Shown piece after piece: positions 24,773 to 38,700 of a stretch of DNA of 64,000 bases. The translations under genes were made by a program, and so were the position numbers. The stretch comes from Paraspadella gotoi. Lineage: Eukaryota > Animalia > Chaetognatha. A model generated the notes under the pieces. The model saw only the letters and a list, made by a program, of their open reading frames with translations. It did no database searches and was not told where the DNA came from. Position 1 is the first letter of the stretch. Every line of letters starts with the position of its first letter. The DNA lies in contig CM119265.1 of assembly GCA_051294375.1 (NCBI GenBank), positions 19,643,642 to 19,707,641 of the forward strand, read 5' to 3'.

Positions 24773-26344
24773 TATTTCTTTATTTCTTTCTTTCTTTCTT
24801 TCTTTCTTCCTTTCTTCCTTTCTTCCTTTCGTCTTCTTTTCGGCGGAGAAGAATTATGAGGTTCCTTTTGCCATTCGCTTCCATGACGATTGCAATTTGC
24901 CAAGAATTATTAGCGGAAAANNNNNNNNNNTACAGCCAGAAAAAGACATAGAGAGAGTGACGATAAGTAAGAACAGTAGTAAACGCAATAATTTAATCGA
25001 ACCAAGATAAGATATCCCCGCTGAAAAGAAACGGATTCCGACAGACTTCGGAAAGCCTTTTTTCCCCCCCATTTCTCTTTCACTACTAAAAGAAAGAGAA
25101 AAAAAAGAAATAAAGTGAACGTGAGAAAGAGGGACTGAGACACTTTCCCTCCTTATCTTTTTTAACTCCATTAGTCGTAGCGGGTCTCGCTATTGACTTT
25201 TCTTGTCCGCGCTCGCAACGACCTCAACGTATCCATGACTACCGACCACCGTAGCTTAGCAACCGTTTCTTAGCGATCGCCTTCCGTCTTCGTTCAACCG
25301 TCATTATTCCGCGACGACCACGTTGATAGAGTTATATGGGCGTTTCGCCTTGGCGAAAGGTACAGGGGGGGGGAGCGCAAGGCCCGGGCTCGAAAAAAAA
25401 AAGACATAAATAAATAAATAAATAACTGAACAAAAGCCATTCGTTTCCCTTTAGGTCCCTTTCCTTTCTCTTTTGTCTCCATTTGCGTCGAGTCTCGCGT
25501 CAACGATCGCGAGAACTCCACGCACGCGAGAGAGAGAAGGGAGAGAAGGAAGAGAGAGAGAGAGAGAGAGAGAGAGAAGACGGAGAGAGAGAGAGAGAGA
25601 GAGAAAAAGAGGGAGAGAGAGGCAAAGAGACCATTCACAAGCAACGGCGGTGCGTGGAGTCATCTCCGCTCGTAATCATCGTTGACGGCGAGACATGCGC
25701 TCGCAGCAAAGTGGAGACAAAAGAGAAAAAGGAAAGGACCACTAAAGGGAAACGAATGGCTTTTGTTCAGGTTATTTCATATTTAATTTATTTATGTCTT
25801 TGTTTTTCGAGGCCGGGCCTTGCGCTCCCCCCCACCCTTGTAACCTTTCGCCAAAAGGCGAAACGCCCATTATAACTCTAATCAAACGTGGTCGTCGCGG
25901 AATAATGACGGTTGAACGAAGACGGAAGGCGAATCGCTAAGAAACGGTTGCCTAAGCTACGGTGGTCGGTAGTCATGGATACCGTTTGAGGGTCCGTTGC
26001 GAGCGCGGACAAGAAAAGTCAAATAGCGAGACGCCGCTAACGAATAAGTGGAGTTAAAAGATAAGGAGGGGAAAGTGTCTCAGTCCCTCTTTCTCAACGT
26101 TCGAACAACAGTTCAATGATGCCCTTTCGTCATTCTACTTTTTCTTTTTTTTCTCTTTCTTTAGTAAGTGAAAGAGAAAATGGGGGGGAAAAAAGCGCTT
26201 TCCGAAGTCCCATGTCGGAATCCGCCTTTTCTTTTCAGGCGGGAATATCTTATCTGGTTCGATTAAATATTGCTTTAACTACTGTTATCTTTACTTAATC
26301 GTCACTCTCTCTATGTCTTTTTTCTGGCTGTACCTGTAAAGTTT

Positions 26345-26376
<32 letters not shown>

Positions 26377-27610
26377 CTCTCTCGTGATTCTCTCCTCTCT
26401 CTCTCTCTCCATCATCTCTCTCTCTCTCTCTCTCTGTCTCTCGTTAATGTCTCTCTCTCATTCTGTTCTCTCTCTCTCTCTATATATTTTCCGCTAAATA
26501 AATTCTTGGCAAATTTGCAATCGTCGCAGGAAGCGAAATGGCAAAAAAAGGAACCTCAATAGATTCTTCTCCGCCGAAAAGAAGACGAAAGGAAGAAAGG
26601 AAGAAAAGGAAGAAAAGAAAGAAAGAAAGAAAGAAAAGAAATAAAGAAAAAGAAAGAAAGAAAGGAAAGAAAAGAAAGAAAGAAAAGAAAGAAAGAAGAA
26701 AAAGAAAGGTTAATAAAGAAGAAAAAAAACAATAAAAAACCAAAAAATCGAAAGAAGGCACGAAAGAAAAAAAGCAAAGAATTAGTAGAGGAAAGTAAAG
26801 AAAAAAACTGAAAAAATAAAGAATTGAGAGAACAAAAGCAGTTGTTGCTCGATAGAGCTAACGACGTCAATTAATGCAAAAACTCATTGCTTCTAGAAAA
26901 AGGAATTGGTTCAGGAATTTTGATCGCGGGCGAAAGACATTTTGCAAATCACAACGAAATGGGTTATTGTTCCCCGAAGCGCTTTATAATCGTTAGAATG
27001 CGTTTGTCAATTGGGCAGCGTTTTATTTATTGTTCATAACTTCACACTGTAAAACTCACAGACTTGCCAGATAAAAGAAATAATAATTTACCTTACAGAG
27101 TTTTGAAAAAGCTAGTTTTCTTATTTTATCATGAATATTAGTAACAAAATATTAGTTTTAAATTAAATCAATGATATTGTCCCATTTTCTTTCTCTATAC
27201 CCTCCACACATACACACACACACACATTACACTCACTCACACACAAACACACTCATCACACACAACTCCCACACCCAATACCCGACATAAACGCACTCTC
27301 ACGATTCTTTGCTCCGTCCGTCCCTCCAGAAAGAAGGTAACACGCCAAAAGAAATCCTGGCCAAGGGGTAAAGGATAACAAGATTCTTGGTAAGTTCCCG
27401 GAAAATTTTGTTCCTCTTCTATTTGTTAGTTTTTTCCTATTTTTTTTTTTCCTCTCTCTCCTCTCACTCACAGTCATCACTCTTTTTTTTTTTCCAAGGT
27501 CGACTCAAAGCCTCTTTGTGGTAAATAACTTGAAACATTTTCCCAAAACCAGAAATTGTGGTGATCGAAAGGGAGAGGGTGTTTGCAGAAGTCGGGTTAT
27601 AGGAATATGG
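23854..27610. repeat. ~1.7-kb-arm fold-back inverted duplication (23854-25530 / 25645-27610) around an AG-rich loop
   Basis: catattcctatacccgactc...gagtcgaccttgg at the left end is mirrored by ccaaggtcgactc...gtcgggttataggaatatg. Inner ends actccacgcac / gtgcgtggagt. The right arm is insertion-rich. Confidence 0.95.
24057..24113 (-). CDS. Candidate 57-bp phase-0 internal exon (KKVTRNKRILARGKDNRFL), product unknown
   Basis: Minus strand ctctcacgattcttggctcgtccgtccctcCAG|aagaaggta...agattcttg|GTAAGT: pyrimidine-rich acceptor, consensus donor, length divisible by 3, only one open frame. Confidence 0.35.
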
Positions 27611-28444
27611 AGAGAGAGATTAGAGATAAGAAGAGAGAGAGAGAGAGAAGAGAGAAAAGAGAGAGAGAGCTTGAAAAAGGTTGCAAAATGCCGAAACGAT
27701 ATGAAGGAGATATATAAATGGAGAACAGATTCAGAATCCGAGTTTTTTTAGTTTAAACGTGGAGCGAGAAGAAAAAAGCAAGTTCGGCTGAGGTCAGAAA
27801 AGACGGNNNNNNNNNNNNNNNNNNNNNNNNNCTCTCTCTCTCATTTTTCACTTTGTCTTTCACTTTGTCTTCAAATACGAATGTTCGAAAATCTCCTTTG
27901 CATGAAAGAGTATTTGATATGACGAATTTTAACTGAAAATTCAATTCAACATGGATTTGGAATCTTAATAATTAAGGAAAAAATACTTAAAACTGCTTTT
28001 CCAATGGTACAACTAAAATTTTTGGAGACGTACTATTGAGTAACGATGAAGAGGTTTTGCTTTTAAACCCCACGACAGTCACGTTGATGTTGCCTGTCAT
28101 AAAGTTTTTAAATTGAGTCAGTTCATTGTCAGCGTCGTTTTACTTTCGCCTTAATAGTTAATAAGAAACATTACAAACAAAACTGTCGTTATTTACATTG
28201 TTATTGTTAACGAAATGACAATTACAACGTTGCGTTGCATCTTTTTTGTCACATTGCTTTTTTTTGGGTTAAAAAGAGCAAACTATAGCGAAAGATAGCG
28301 AGTACTATGTAGTATCTACTATCAATAGCGTTAGACCCTTCACTATCGCCTTTTTCCCCCAGTTTTCCCATTTATCTTTAATAATGAATGAAGAAAAACG
28401 CTTTCAGCCGCACGTAGCAGCACTCACACTCTTGCCGATGGGCT

Positions 28445-28559
<115 letters not shown>

Positions 28560-29051
28560 CATCTCCGGAAAATAATGGACATAAAAAAAATTACTCCGCC
28601 CAGGCTTTTAATTATGCCCTTTCAGATAGAAGTTCTTAAAGCTTTTTTCCTTGTATTTATTTTAATAAAAGAGTTTTTTTCACTTAAACTATAGAGAAAA
28701 AAATATTAAAAAAGAAAAACCGCGTCTGTCGAACTGTGGTCACTGGTCAGTCTGTTGCTGACCATACTTTATTGAACCCAATAGCTTGTACATTGTACAT
28801 TGCACAAGAAAGCCAATTTAATTCACTTGTTTTACGATTAACCAAATCGATTAAAAAATCTGTAACGATGAAAAAGGTAGGGCAAAGAGGTGAATCGGAG
28901 CGTGAAAATGACCGAGAATCACGAAGGGATTAAAGGATCACAACAGCGACGACGACGACGACAACGACATCATTTGTTTCCTGAAATTAACAACGAAGGA
29001 AAACGTATTTTTGGGTTCCCTTCGTCTTCCCCACCCCGCCATAAAATAACT

Positions 29052-29147
29052 ATGGACGAATGGACGAATGGACGAATGGACGAATGGACGAATGGACGAA
29101 TGGACGAATGGACGAATGGACGAATGAACGAATGGACGGATGGACGC
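29052..29147 (+). repeat. (TGGACGAA)n octamer tandem repeat
   Basis: About 11-12 units, degenerating at the 3' end; source of the MDEWTNGR ORFs. Confidence 0.95.
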
Positions 29148-30551
29148 TTGGACGGAAGAACGAGGTTGACAGTTTGCGCAGATGGACAAACCAAAGGACG
29201 GGTCGCCTGTCGGCGGACGTTATTTGGACAGATGGAAATTATAACGGAACTCTGCGATTTCTGTCGATGGAAATTGCGTCAATGATTTTAAATAAATTTA
29301 ACTCGTATTTATAATTCGTCAAAAATGTTTTTAAATGAGAAAAATATTACGTGAGCGCCTGAGTATAGTATGTGAAAATCGAGATTCGTGATAATCTTCC
29401 AACATGTACCTCTATATAAGTAAATCAATAATCAATTAATGACTCGCTCCCTCTCAAGAATCCGCAATCCCCGCAATCCTTCGTTCCATTAAATACGGGT
29501 ATCATAGAGCTCGAATCCTTCTCAGTATGTAATTCCTTTGTCTCGTCCCGTCCTCGAAATTCCGGATGTAACTTGCCTCTGTGCCAACGAGATTCTGTCC
29601 CTGTTTGGGAATAACGAAATGGATTCGTCGTCGTCGTCGTCGTTATTCCCATCGCCTACCTTTCCACTCCTCCCTTTCTCATTTTCGTTCGGGCCGTTTA
29701 TTGCCACCGCTCTACTTTTTCCCATCAGCGCCTTGCCCTACAATGACTTACCCGACTGTCGGGCAGACCGCAAAGATCCAGGGAGATTTTGCTTCTGTCT
29801 GCTCTTCTCTCCCCTACATCTTTCTCTCTCTTCTCATTCTCTCTCTCTCTCCTTCTTCGTCTCTCTTCTCTCCTCATCTCTCCTCTCTCATCTCTCTCTC
29901 TAACGTTTCCTCCCATATCCATTACTGGGATTTTTGTAAGTATACAAGCGAATAATAGGAATTACTCATTTTGTAGTTCAGCTCACGCGCAGTCATGGTT
30001 ACGGTGAAATCGGATACGCGAAATCCTGGGCGGCCTCTTCCGCCTTCGCGGTTTCCTCCACTCGTCCGTTTACTTCTTCATAGAATATTTTAATTCAGAT
30101 GAGTCTCAGTTTCGTGATCGTCCGTCGTCGTCGCGTCGTCGTCTGTTCGTCGTCCCTTCGTCGATAAACAACATAGAGTCTCATACAGCTAAAAATAGTT
30201 CGGCTTGCTGCAGAACCGTCTTTGTTGATGAGCACATTTTGCAGCTGTTGCTTAGTTTCTTTAGTTTCGCTTCATCCCAAATTTTTGCCATCTTTGAAAA
30301 CTCTCGTTCTCTCTCATCGCAGATAATTTTATTCGTGTTATGAATAAGCCTGTTCGTTAGCCAATTACGCTAATCGCTACATTGTTTGGAGTCGGAATGA
30401 AAAAATCACAATATTATTTATTGATCGTACATTCTTTGTCCATTAGCTGGTCCGCTAACTGAATCGTGCGGTTGTGAAATTTTTGTTTAAATTAATGAAA
30501 TTTAAAGAATTTCCTCATTGTTTCCCCTCACTTTCTTTTTTACCTCTCCTC

Positions 30552-30823
30552 TCATTTTACTCCTTTTTCCATCGCGCGTCCATTAAAGAATCCAAACTTC
30601 ATTGAAAGTCTTCGCGTGTCGACGCCAAAGGACGCCGAGGCCGCTAACACCCGGCCGCGATGATGCCGCCGACGCCGCCGATCCCCGCCGACGCCGGTCT
30701 TGGTTTTCGTTTTTCCGAGTGCCTTTTGCCGGAATTCGTGCCCGTCTTCGAACCTCGGGCCGACATTGTCGAGGGAATCGACGATGAAGTCGACGTTCAT
30801 TTGTTCTTTTTAGCCGACAAAAC
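30552..30823 (-). CDS. Candidate exon after a strong minus-strand acceptor; frame and product unresolved
   Basis: Minus strand T-run then ccctcccgtcggcCAG|gttttgtcgg; GC-rich non-repetitive island with ATG ORF 30800-30552 (MNVDFIVDSLDNVGPRFEDGHEF..., many C-ending codons). No family recognised and no clear donor. Confidence 0.25.
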
Positions 30824-31984
30824 CTGGCCGACGGGAGGGAAATTAAAAAAAGATGGATTTCGATGCCGACAAATTTGGACCGCGAATTACGGAAAGAATG
30901 AGATCTTTTACCGTTTTAGAACTTTAAATGAGAATGAAAAAAAAAACTATTAACGCTGATGAAGGCTTGGGAAAGCAAAAGCCTGTCTGTTTTATAGCTA
31001 ATAAAAACAATCGTTGTCACATTCCAAATCAAAAGCTATTCTCTAATTAGCTGATCCAGACAACGAAAAGAAAAAGGAATATATCACAAATGAAAAAAAC
31101 TCTAGAAATAACACGAGGATATTGAAGAATGCAGCGGCTTCGCATCGTCCGTGCTTGCTTTTGCTTCTTTCAGGCTCTTCCGTCTTTTCACTTCGTTGCA
31201 ATCGCAAATCGTCATGCGCTATCTCAGATGACGAGCGACGTTAAAGTTGGCAATCGAATGGTTGCCAAGGTCCTCTTTCGCAGTTTTAGCGCGAGAGTAA
31301 ATTGGGCGAAGAAGTAAATTAAAAGAAAATGTTTCGGGGTAAGGAACGACTTCGATTCGCCCGACAATTCAAATCAATTTATGGAGGGCGGCGGCTTAGA
31401 AACAAAGTTCTACCGTGGTTGTGAGTTTGCGAAATATTTTCGAACGAAAGAGAAGAAACGTAACGCCGGTTAAGAAATAAATTAGAAAAAACGGGAACTT
31501 TTTTTGCCTTAATAACGCCAGACTCTCAACCGCACCGGGCTAAAGGCTACAGCGACAAGGGAACAGAGAGAAAAGGGAACGTAAATAAAAAAGAGAGAGG
31601 TGCTGGGAGGCCTTGGGAAGGCGGGAGGGGGGTTAGGCGTAAAAATAACGGTAATTTTCGCATCCGCCTTTACCCTGCAGGGCGGTTAATGATTTTTTAC
31701 CGAGTAGACAAAATGTGGCGAAAGGGACGATTTTTTTGGGAGATTTTCTTGAAGGGCATGGAAGTCTGAAGGGGGGGCGGTGGGTTGGGGGGGGAAGACA
31801 AATAGGACGGGGGAGGATTGAGAGAAGAGCTTGGGGGAGAGACGTAAGACAAGGTCAAGACCCTCACCATTTATGGGAGATTGAGGCTGGCGCGATGAAA
31901 ACGCGTTAATGGCCTCAGAAATATTTTCCCTGATCCAACCCGCAGGGCGGAGAGAGATTGCCTGAAGAAAGAGAGGGAGGGAGG

Positions 31985-32033
<49 letters not shown>

Positions 32034-32036
32034 GAG

Positions 32037-32075
<39 letters not shown>

Positions 32076-32677
32076 ATCGGAAAGAGAAAAGAAAGAAGAA
32101 AGAAAGAAGAAAGAAAGAAAGGAAAGAAAAGAAAAGAAAAGAAAGAAAGAAAGAAAAAAAAGAAAAGAAAAAAGAAAAAAGAAAGAAAGAAAGAAAAAAG
32201 AAGGAAGGAAAGACGGAAAGCAAGAAAAAAAAAAAGAATATAGAATGAAAGAAAGAATAAAAAAGAAAAAAGAACCTTAAGAAATTTCTTCCAGCCAATC
32301 AGAGAGAGTGAAGAAAACAAAAAAAGATTTTTCCGCTAGAAATCCGAACTCGCAAAGGGGGCGGTCTTTTTTATTATTGGAGAGGGAGAAAAAGAAATTC
32401 TTGGCAATGTTCAGAAAAAATGGGTAAATAGATGACGGACGGGCGACGGTCTTGGCGAGCCAAAGTCTCGGCGGATGGGGGTCGCGCCGTGGGAGAGTGA
32501 GGGTGTCGCTGGTAGCCAAGTGAGAAGCTGGTCAATGATGGTGAGTGGGTGAAGATGTGAGAAAAGTGAGGAAAGAGTCCGAAAACAGCGCCAAAAATTA
32601 TTAATGTTGAATTATTGAGTTTCGGCCTGAGCAGAGTGAGTTAAATGATAAGGCGATGAAATTGCTTGCGCTCATAA

Positions 32678-32717
<40 letters not shown>

Positions 32718-32918
32718 GAGAGAGAAAGAGAAGGAGAGAGAGAGAGAGAGAGAAGAGAGAGAGAGAAGAGAGAGAGACATAAGTCTTGGTTAATTCCCGA
32801 TCTAATGCCCTTTAATCCCAAAGAAGTAACATATCTCTTTCGACAGTTAGATTTAAGAGCGGACAACATTAATTCCTAGTCCAAGGAATTCGAGACGCCA
32901 ACAACCGGAGAAAAGAGC

Positions 32919-32976
<58 letters not shown>

Positions 32977-33229
32977 AGAGAGAAGAGAGAGAGAGAGAGA
33001 CGGTTAGCGAGAAAAAAAAAAATCTTAATTTGAATTTTAGACGTGGATAGTTTTGAAGCAGACTGAGATGCCCGGGATAATTTCGCTTATTTATTATTTT
33101 TTTTTTAAAAACCTTTTTTAATTTCTTTGTTTATTTCAACATTGATCCAATTTTGGGATGAACATGCTTTAAACATTGCCTAAAATTGGTGGAAAACTCA
33201 AGGATGGTTGAAGAATATAGAAGAGAAGA

Positions 33230-33286
<57 letters not shown>

Positions 33287-35654
33287 AGAAGAGAAGAGAG
33301 AGAGAGAGAGAGAGAGAAGAGAGAGAGGACTTCTTTTGTGTTTACTTGGCGTCTTTCAACAGCATCCATCCTCCGCCTCGCGCGCCCTTCGCGACAAACG
33401 TGGAATTTTCCCGAGCTCATTTTCCACATACTCCTCTGCCACACTCCTTTCCGCTCAAGCATCTTCCTCATTCCTCACTCGCTCCTCCTCCTCCTCCTGC
33501 CTCCTTACTCTTCTCAAGGAAACTCAAAGACCTTCTTTAAAGAAAGATACCCAAGGATCTGAGGGCAGGCGGATCAAAAATTTTGTTATTCAGGGCGAAA
33601 TTTTCGTGACGGATCATCGCCCGCTCGCGTTTTCAACGGACAAATTCTCCATTTCCTCTGCTCTCCTCTCTCTCCTTCTCCTCTCTCTCTTCTCTGCTCT
33701 CTCTCTCGTCGCTCTCTCGTCTCTCTCTCTTCCTCTCTCCTCGCTCCTCCTCTCATCTCCCTCATCGGGTCTCTCAACTCTATTCAAACCAATCCCGGAA
33801 CGATCCAGCCGCCAACCGGCGACGGCCGGCAGAGACCGACAGCGCCACCTCCGTTGTTTGTCGAGTAAAACTTTAATGTTATACTTGGTTTGCATAAAAT
33901 ACAGTAATTTCCGGGCTGCGGGGGGGGCTAGGGGTGGAGACGCCCGGCCGGCCGGGGCTGCTATCTGCGTCCTGCATGGCTTTTTTCCCTCCCCGATTGC
34001 TCTCGTAAATTGATTTTCTCCTTATTTCCTGGCGGGTCTATTGTTGTTTTTTTTTTTTTTTTATTTTGCGCAAGGGGACGGACAGAGAGACGGCGATGGG
34101 ACGGGCAGTCAAATCGGGGAGAGTAGTTAAAGAGAGATACGAGAAAGAGGAAGAGACGAAGGGACGGTGTCCGTTAAACAACAAGACAGGTCGGGCAGGG
34201 CGCAATGAATTGAGAAAAGTTGGAGCGAATATGACCCTCGAGAAACGGGCAAAGGGAATTGTGAAGTACCGGGCGAAGGGGGACCGGTGGAAGGAAAGCG
34301 AGGCCAGGGGGGGGGGGGTGTTTTGTTTTCTTTTTTTTTTTTTTTCCCGTGGATTTCCGATTGCAATTTCCATCTTCACCAACCCACGCTCTTCGTTTAA
34401 TTTTTTTTTTTCCGTTCGCATTGATTTTTTTCCCTTCTTCCCCTCACCGTCGTTTTGTTCAGAAATTTCTCGTTGCTCACGAATTCCCCTTTCGCCAGCA
34501 TTCCTCAATTCCCCTTATCTTAATTATTTGGCCGCCGGTTGATTGATTCCCCGAATTTCCGTTTTTACCTCCGCCCACATTCTGATTTTCCCGCTTTCCT
34601 TTCTCGCCTTTTCTGCATGTTCCGATCCTCCGAATCTCCATCCCCCGCGATTTCCTTCCCCCCTGCTTTTTTCCTTCTTTTTCTTTTTTTACTGATTCCC
34701 TTTTTTCGTGCTTTTTTGTTCTTCCTCTTTTCTTTTTTTATTTTTTTTTTCTTTCTTTTTCTTTTTCTCTCTTTTTTCCTTTCCTCCTTTTCTCCTTCTT
34801 TTTTTTTTTCTTTTTTTCTTTTTCTCTTTCCCTCCCTCCCTTTTCTTCTTTTTTTTCTTTCTCTTCTTTTTCTTTTTCTTTCTCCCTTCCTGCCTTTTTC
34901 CAAATCCCCACGAGAAATCCCCACGCGTCCAGATTTTCCTTCATATTCCCCCGTTCCGACCCAGCGGCAGATCCTTCCCTTCCCTTTTCCCGCTGCCGCC
35001 CCGTTCGTATCCCAAGCCACCGTGCCTTTCCCATTCCGCCGCGTNNNNNNNNNNNNNNNNNNNNNNNNNNNNNNNNNNNNNNNNNNNNNNNNNNNNNNNN
35101 NNNNNNNNNNNNNNNNNNNNNNNNNNNNNNNNNNNNNNNNNNNNTTTTTTTTGATGGAGAGAGAGAAGGGCTTCGGTTCCCCTCGACGTCGTCGCTATTA
35201 TCATTATATTCTCGTCATAATCCTTTGTTGTCTTCGTAATGGTCGTCGTCGTTGTCGTCGTTTCAGCGGTCTTAAGTATCCTGTCAATTCGTCGTCGTCG
35301 TCGTCGGTCTTAATCACCACCTATCGTCTTTAACTACTGCCATGCCCCCTTTTTTTTTCAAGCCCTCGAAAGCGACTATCGGAGCTGGATGCCAAGTTCA
35401 ACTTATGTATCGCTGCTCTCTCTCATCATATCATCCGGATCTCGTCTCTCTCTCTCCTTCTCTGCGCTCTCTCTGCCTCCTTCTCTCTCTCCTCTCTCTC
35501 TCTGCTCTCTCGCTGCTTTGCGCCGTCCTTTTGTTCTTCCTTGTTTTCCTTTGTTCTTCTGTCCGAACCGAAGTTTTTTTCTTTCTTTTTCCTTTTTCTT
35601 TTTTTCCCTTTTTTTTCGTTTCGTCTTTTGTTTTTTCTTCTTCGACGATCGGAT

Positions 35655-35775
35655 TTTCTCCTCATCCTCCTCATTCTCCTCATCCTACTTATCCTCCTCA
35701 TCATCCTCTTCCTCATTATCCTCTTCCTCTTCCTCATCATCCTCTTCCTCTTCCTCATCATCCTCTTCCTCGTCC
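35655..35775. repeat. CCT/CAT/CTT compound trinucleotide repeat
   Basis: cctcatcatcctcttcctctt reiterations; source of the poly-S and poly-D/E ORFs. Confidence 0.85.
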
Positions 35776-38700
35776 TTTTCACGGAAGATAATTCCTTTCA
35801 GTTTCGATGATCGCCCTCGTCGATCGTTGTTGTTGTCGTTGTTGTTGTTATTGTGGATTTCGTCTTCGTTTTCATCTTCGTCGTCGTCGTCGTCGTCATT
35901 TTCGTCTTCAGCAATCATCAACGTTCACTCCGCATTCCCGTTGTTGTCGTTGTCATTGTCGTTGTCGTCAATTGTCGAGATCGTCATCGCGATTACAACG
36001 CGTGAAATGATCCTCATATTCGCGTGACAGTCATAGTTCTTGTGAACGACTCGTCGTGATTTTTTACGTCATCGAGTCATGACGTCAGTCACATTCACTT
36101 CACCATTAGCGATGTTTTTTTTTAAATTTTGTATTTGTTTTTCTTTTGTTATATGTTTTTTGTTTTTGTTTTGTTTTTAGAGGTCTTTAGTTTGTTGTTT
36201 TTTGTTCTTTTGTTGTTGTTGTTGTTGTTTTGCTCGTTTCCATTTCCTGCTCCGATTCTCATATCCGTTGTTGTCGCCATCATAATCCAGTGAAATTGTG
36301 ATCCATCCCATTTTACTCCTCCTCCTCCTCCTCCTCCTCCTCCTCTTGCTCTTTCTGGGCCCCTCGAGAGGGGGTCCCTTTTCCGACTTCACATCTCGAG
36401 TCTATAAGCGCGTCTTCTGTCTAATTATCGCTAATGGAAGACAAATGAAAAAATAGAATAGAGACCAAGATGGAACCTAGAGAGAGAGAGAGAGAGAGAG
36501 AGGAGAAGGAGAGAGAGAGAGTCATATCTCATCACGGAAAAAGCAATATTCGATTTCCCCGAGGGAGAAATTAGGTAAATAAGTGTGAAATGTATATATC
36601 TTTTTTTTTTCCGCTGGAATGACTTCGTTGGAGGAAGCCATTCGTTACGATTAACCGTCGTTAACCTTTATCGCTTCTAGTTTTTCCATCACGACTTTCG
36701 TTTTTCTCGATTTGTAAATTCGTCTTCGTTACAGAAATCTTTTCCTCGAGTTGAAGGTCGCTCAGGATCGATGAAAATCGTCAGCGTTGTTGTTGTTGTT
36801 GTTGTTGTTGTTTTGAATCGAGTTCGGCGGCGGATCCCCATTATTCCCTGAGCTATTGAACCGAATTGTTGACTGTGAATTGAGGAAAACGCCATCATCT
36901 GGAGATTCGTGGATAACGCGTCGTTTCTTCCTCGCCTTCTTCCTCATCTTATTTTCCCTTACCTTCCCTTTCTTTCCTCACCGGTTTTCTCCATCTAGCG
37001 TAACCTGGCAACGAAGCGGCGTCTTTCAAAATTTTTCATCGCGATTTCCTCAAATATTGATCTATGTTTTTCCCCCATTTTATTATTTAATTTTTTAAAA
37101 TATTTTAAAACCCTTAAAACNNNNNNNNNNNNNNNNNNNNNNNNNNNNNNNNNNNNNNNNNNNNNNNNNNNNNNNNNNNNNNNNNNNNNNNNNNNNNNNN
37201 NNNNNNNNNNNNNNNNNNNNNNNNNNNNNNNNNNNNNNNNNNNNNNNNNNNNNNNNNNNNNNNNNNNNNNNNNNNNNNNNNNNNNNNNNNNNNNNNNNNN
37301 NNNNNNNNNNNNNNNNNNNNNNNNNNNNNNNNNNNNNNNNNNNNNNNNNNNNNNNNNNNNNNNNNNNNNNNNNNNNNNNNNNNNNNNNNNNNNNNNNNNN
37401 NNNNNNNNNNNNNNNNNNNNNNNGTCCTCGTCGACGACGACGACGACATTTCTGATGACGCTACTTTTCTAATAATAATATAATAATATAAACAAACATC
37501 GAGCATAAAAAAAAGAATCATCGGCCATTTGAAAAAAAAAACGTCTCCCGTAAAAGTTATCTCGTGATAATTAAGTTTAATTAAACAAGGTTAATTTTAT
37601 GTCTATTTTTATAGTACTCATTTATCTTTTGTTTCTCTATATAGGTTTTATCCTGACGCCAGAGTCGCCCTTCCCTTCCCGTCGACATCGGAATACAGGG
37701 ATGAAAAATACTTCCAACCGAATCTTCGATGAGACAAAAACGTGAAAAAATAAANNNNNNNNNNNNNNNNNNNNNNNNNNNNNNNNNNNNNNNNNNNNNN
37801 NNNNNNNNNNNNNNNNNNNNNNNNNNNNNNNNNNNNNNNNNNNNNNNNNNNNNNNNNNNNNNNNNNNNNNNNNNNNNNNNNNNNNNNNNNNNNNNNNNNN
37901 NNNNNNNNNNNNNNNNNNNNNNNNNNNNNNNNNNNNNNNNNNNNNNNNNNNNNNNNNNNNNNNNNNNNNNNNNNNNNNNNNNNNNNNNNNNNNNNNNNNN
38001 NNNNNNNNNNNNNNNNNNNNNNNNNNNNNNNNNNNNNNNNNNNNNNNNNNNNNNNACGACGACGACGACGTCGATGACCGTTCCACCGAGAAAACTAATT
38101 ACGTCGCTTTCGCCGCCTCGAAATGAGAAAAGAAAATCGCTTTAAAAGCTCCGACGGGTCAGAGGCCTCCGTTTTTGGCAGGAGGCTGAGCGGTGGGGCG
38201 GTGGAGCGGTGGGGCGGTGGGGCGATGGGGTGGTGAGGCGGTGGGGCCGTGGTGGCACGTTGGATTAGGAGATTTGGGGGCAGGATTAGGTACGAATCTG
38301 GTTGGTCAAGCGAGCGTCGATTCAGCATCTCTAATTGGTTTAATTCTTTTGGCTGAGGGTCGCTAATGGATGAAATGAGAGGAGCGCTTATAACTATGTA
38401 TTTTAAAAACTCTTTATTTTGTATATGGTTGTAATTTTATGGCATAAAGGAATTAAGAAGATTGCTAATGCCTACTAAGAATGGGCTCCCCTCTTTTTCC
38501 CAGAAATGCGATCATCAAGATAAAAACTTCTNNNNNNNNNNNNNNNNNNNNNNNNNNNNNNNNNNNNNNNNNNNNNNNNNNNNNNNNNNNNNNNNNNNNN
38601 NNNNNNNNNNNNNNNNNNNNNNNNNNNNNNNNNNNNNNNNNNNNNNNNNNNNNNNNNNNNNNNNNNNNNNNNNNNNNNNNNNNNNNNNNNNNNNNNNNNN

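Noticed and set aside
30644-30766. Histone H4-like N-terminus or Rossmann GxGxxG motif in MSARGSKTG...KRH...GIGGVGG
   Set aside because: Superficial similarity only; stop after 40 aa, no histone fold and no preceding hydrophobic beta strand.
30955-30995. CTGATGA...GAAA hammerhead-like core
   Set aside because: Could not form stems II, III and I in the required register.
33848-33866. SMRTbell adapter-like cctccgttgtttgtcgag (also caacaaccggagaaaagag at ~32899)
   Set aside because: Only partial matches in a genome rich in similar repeats, with no fold-back centred on them.
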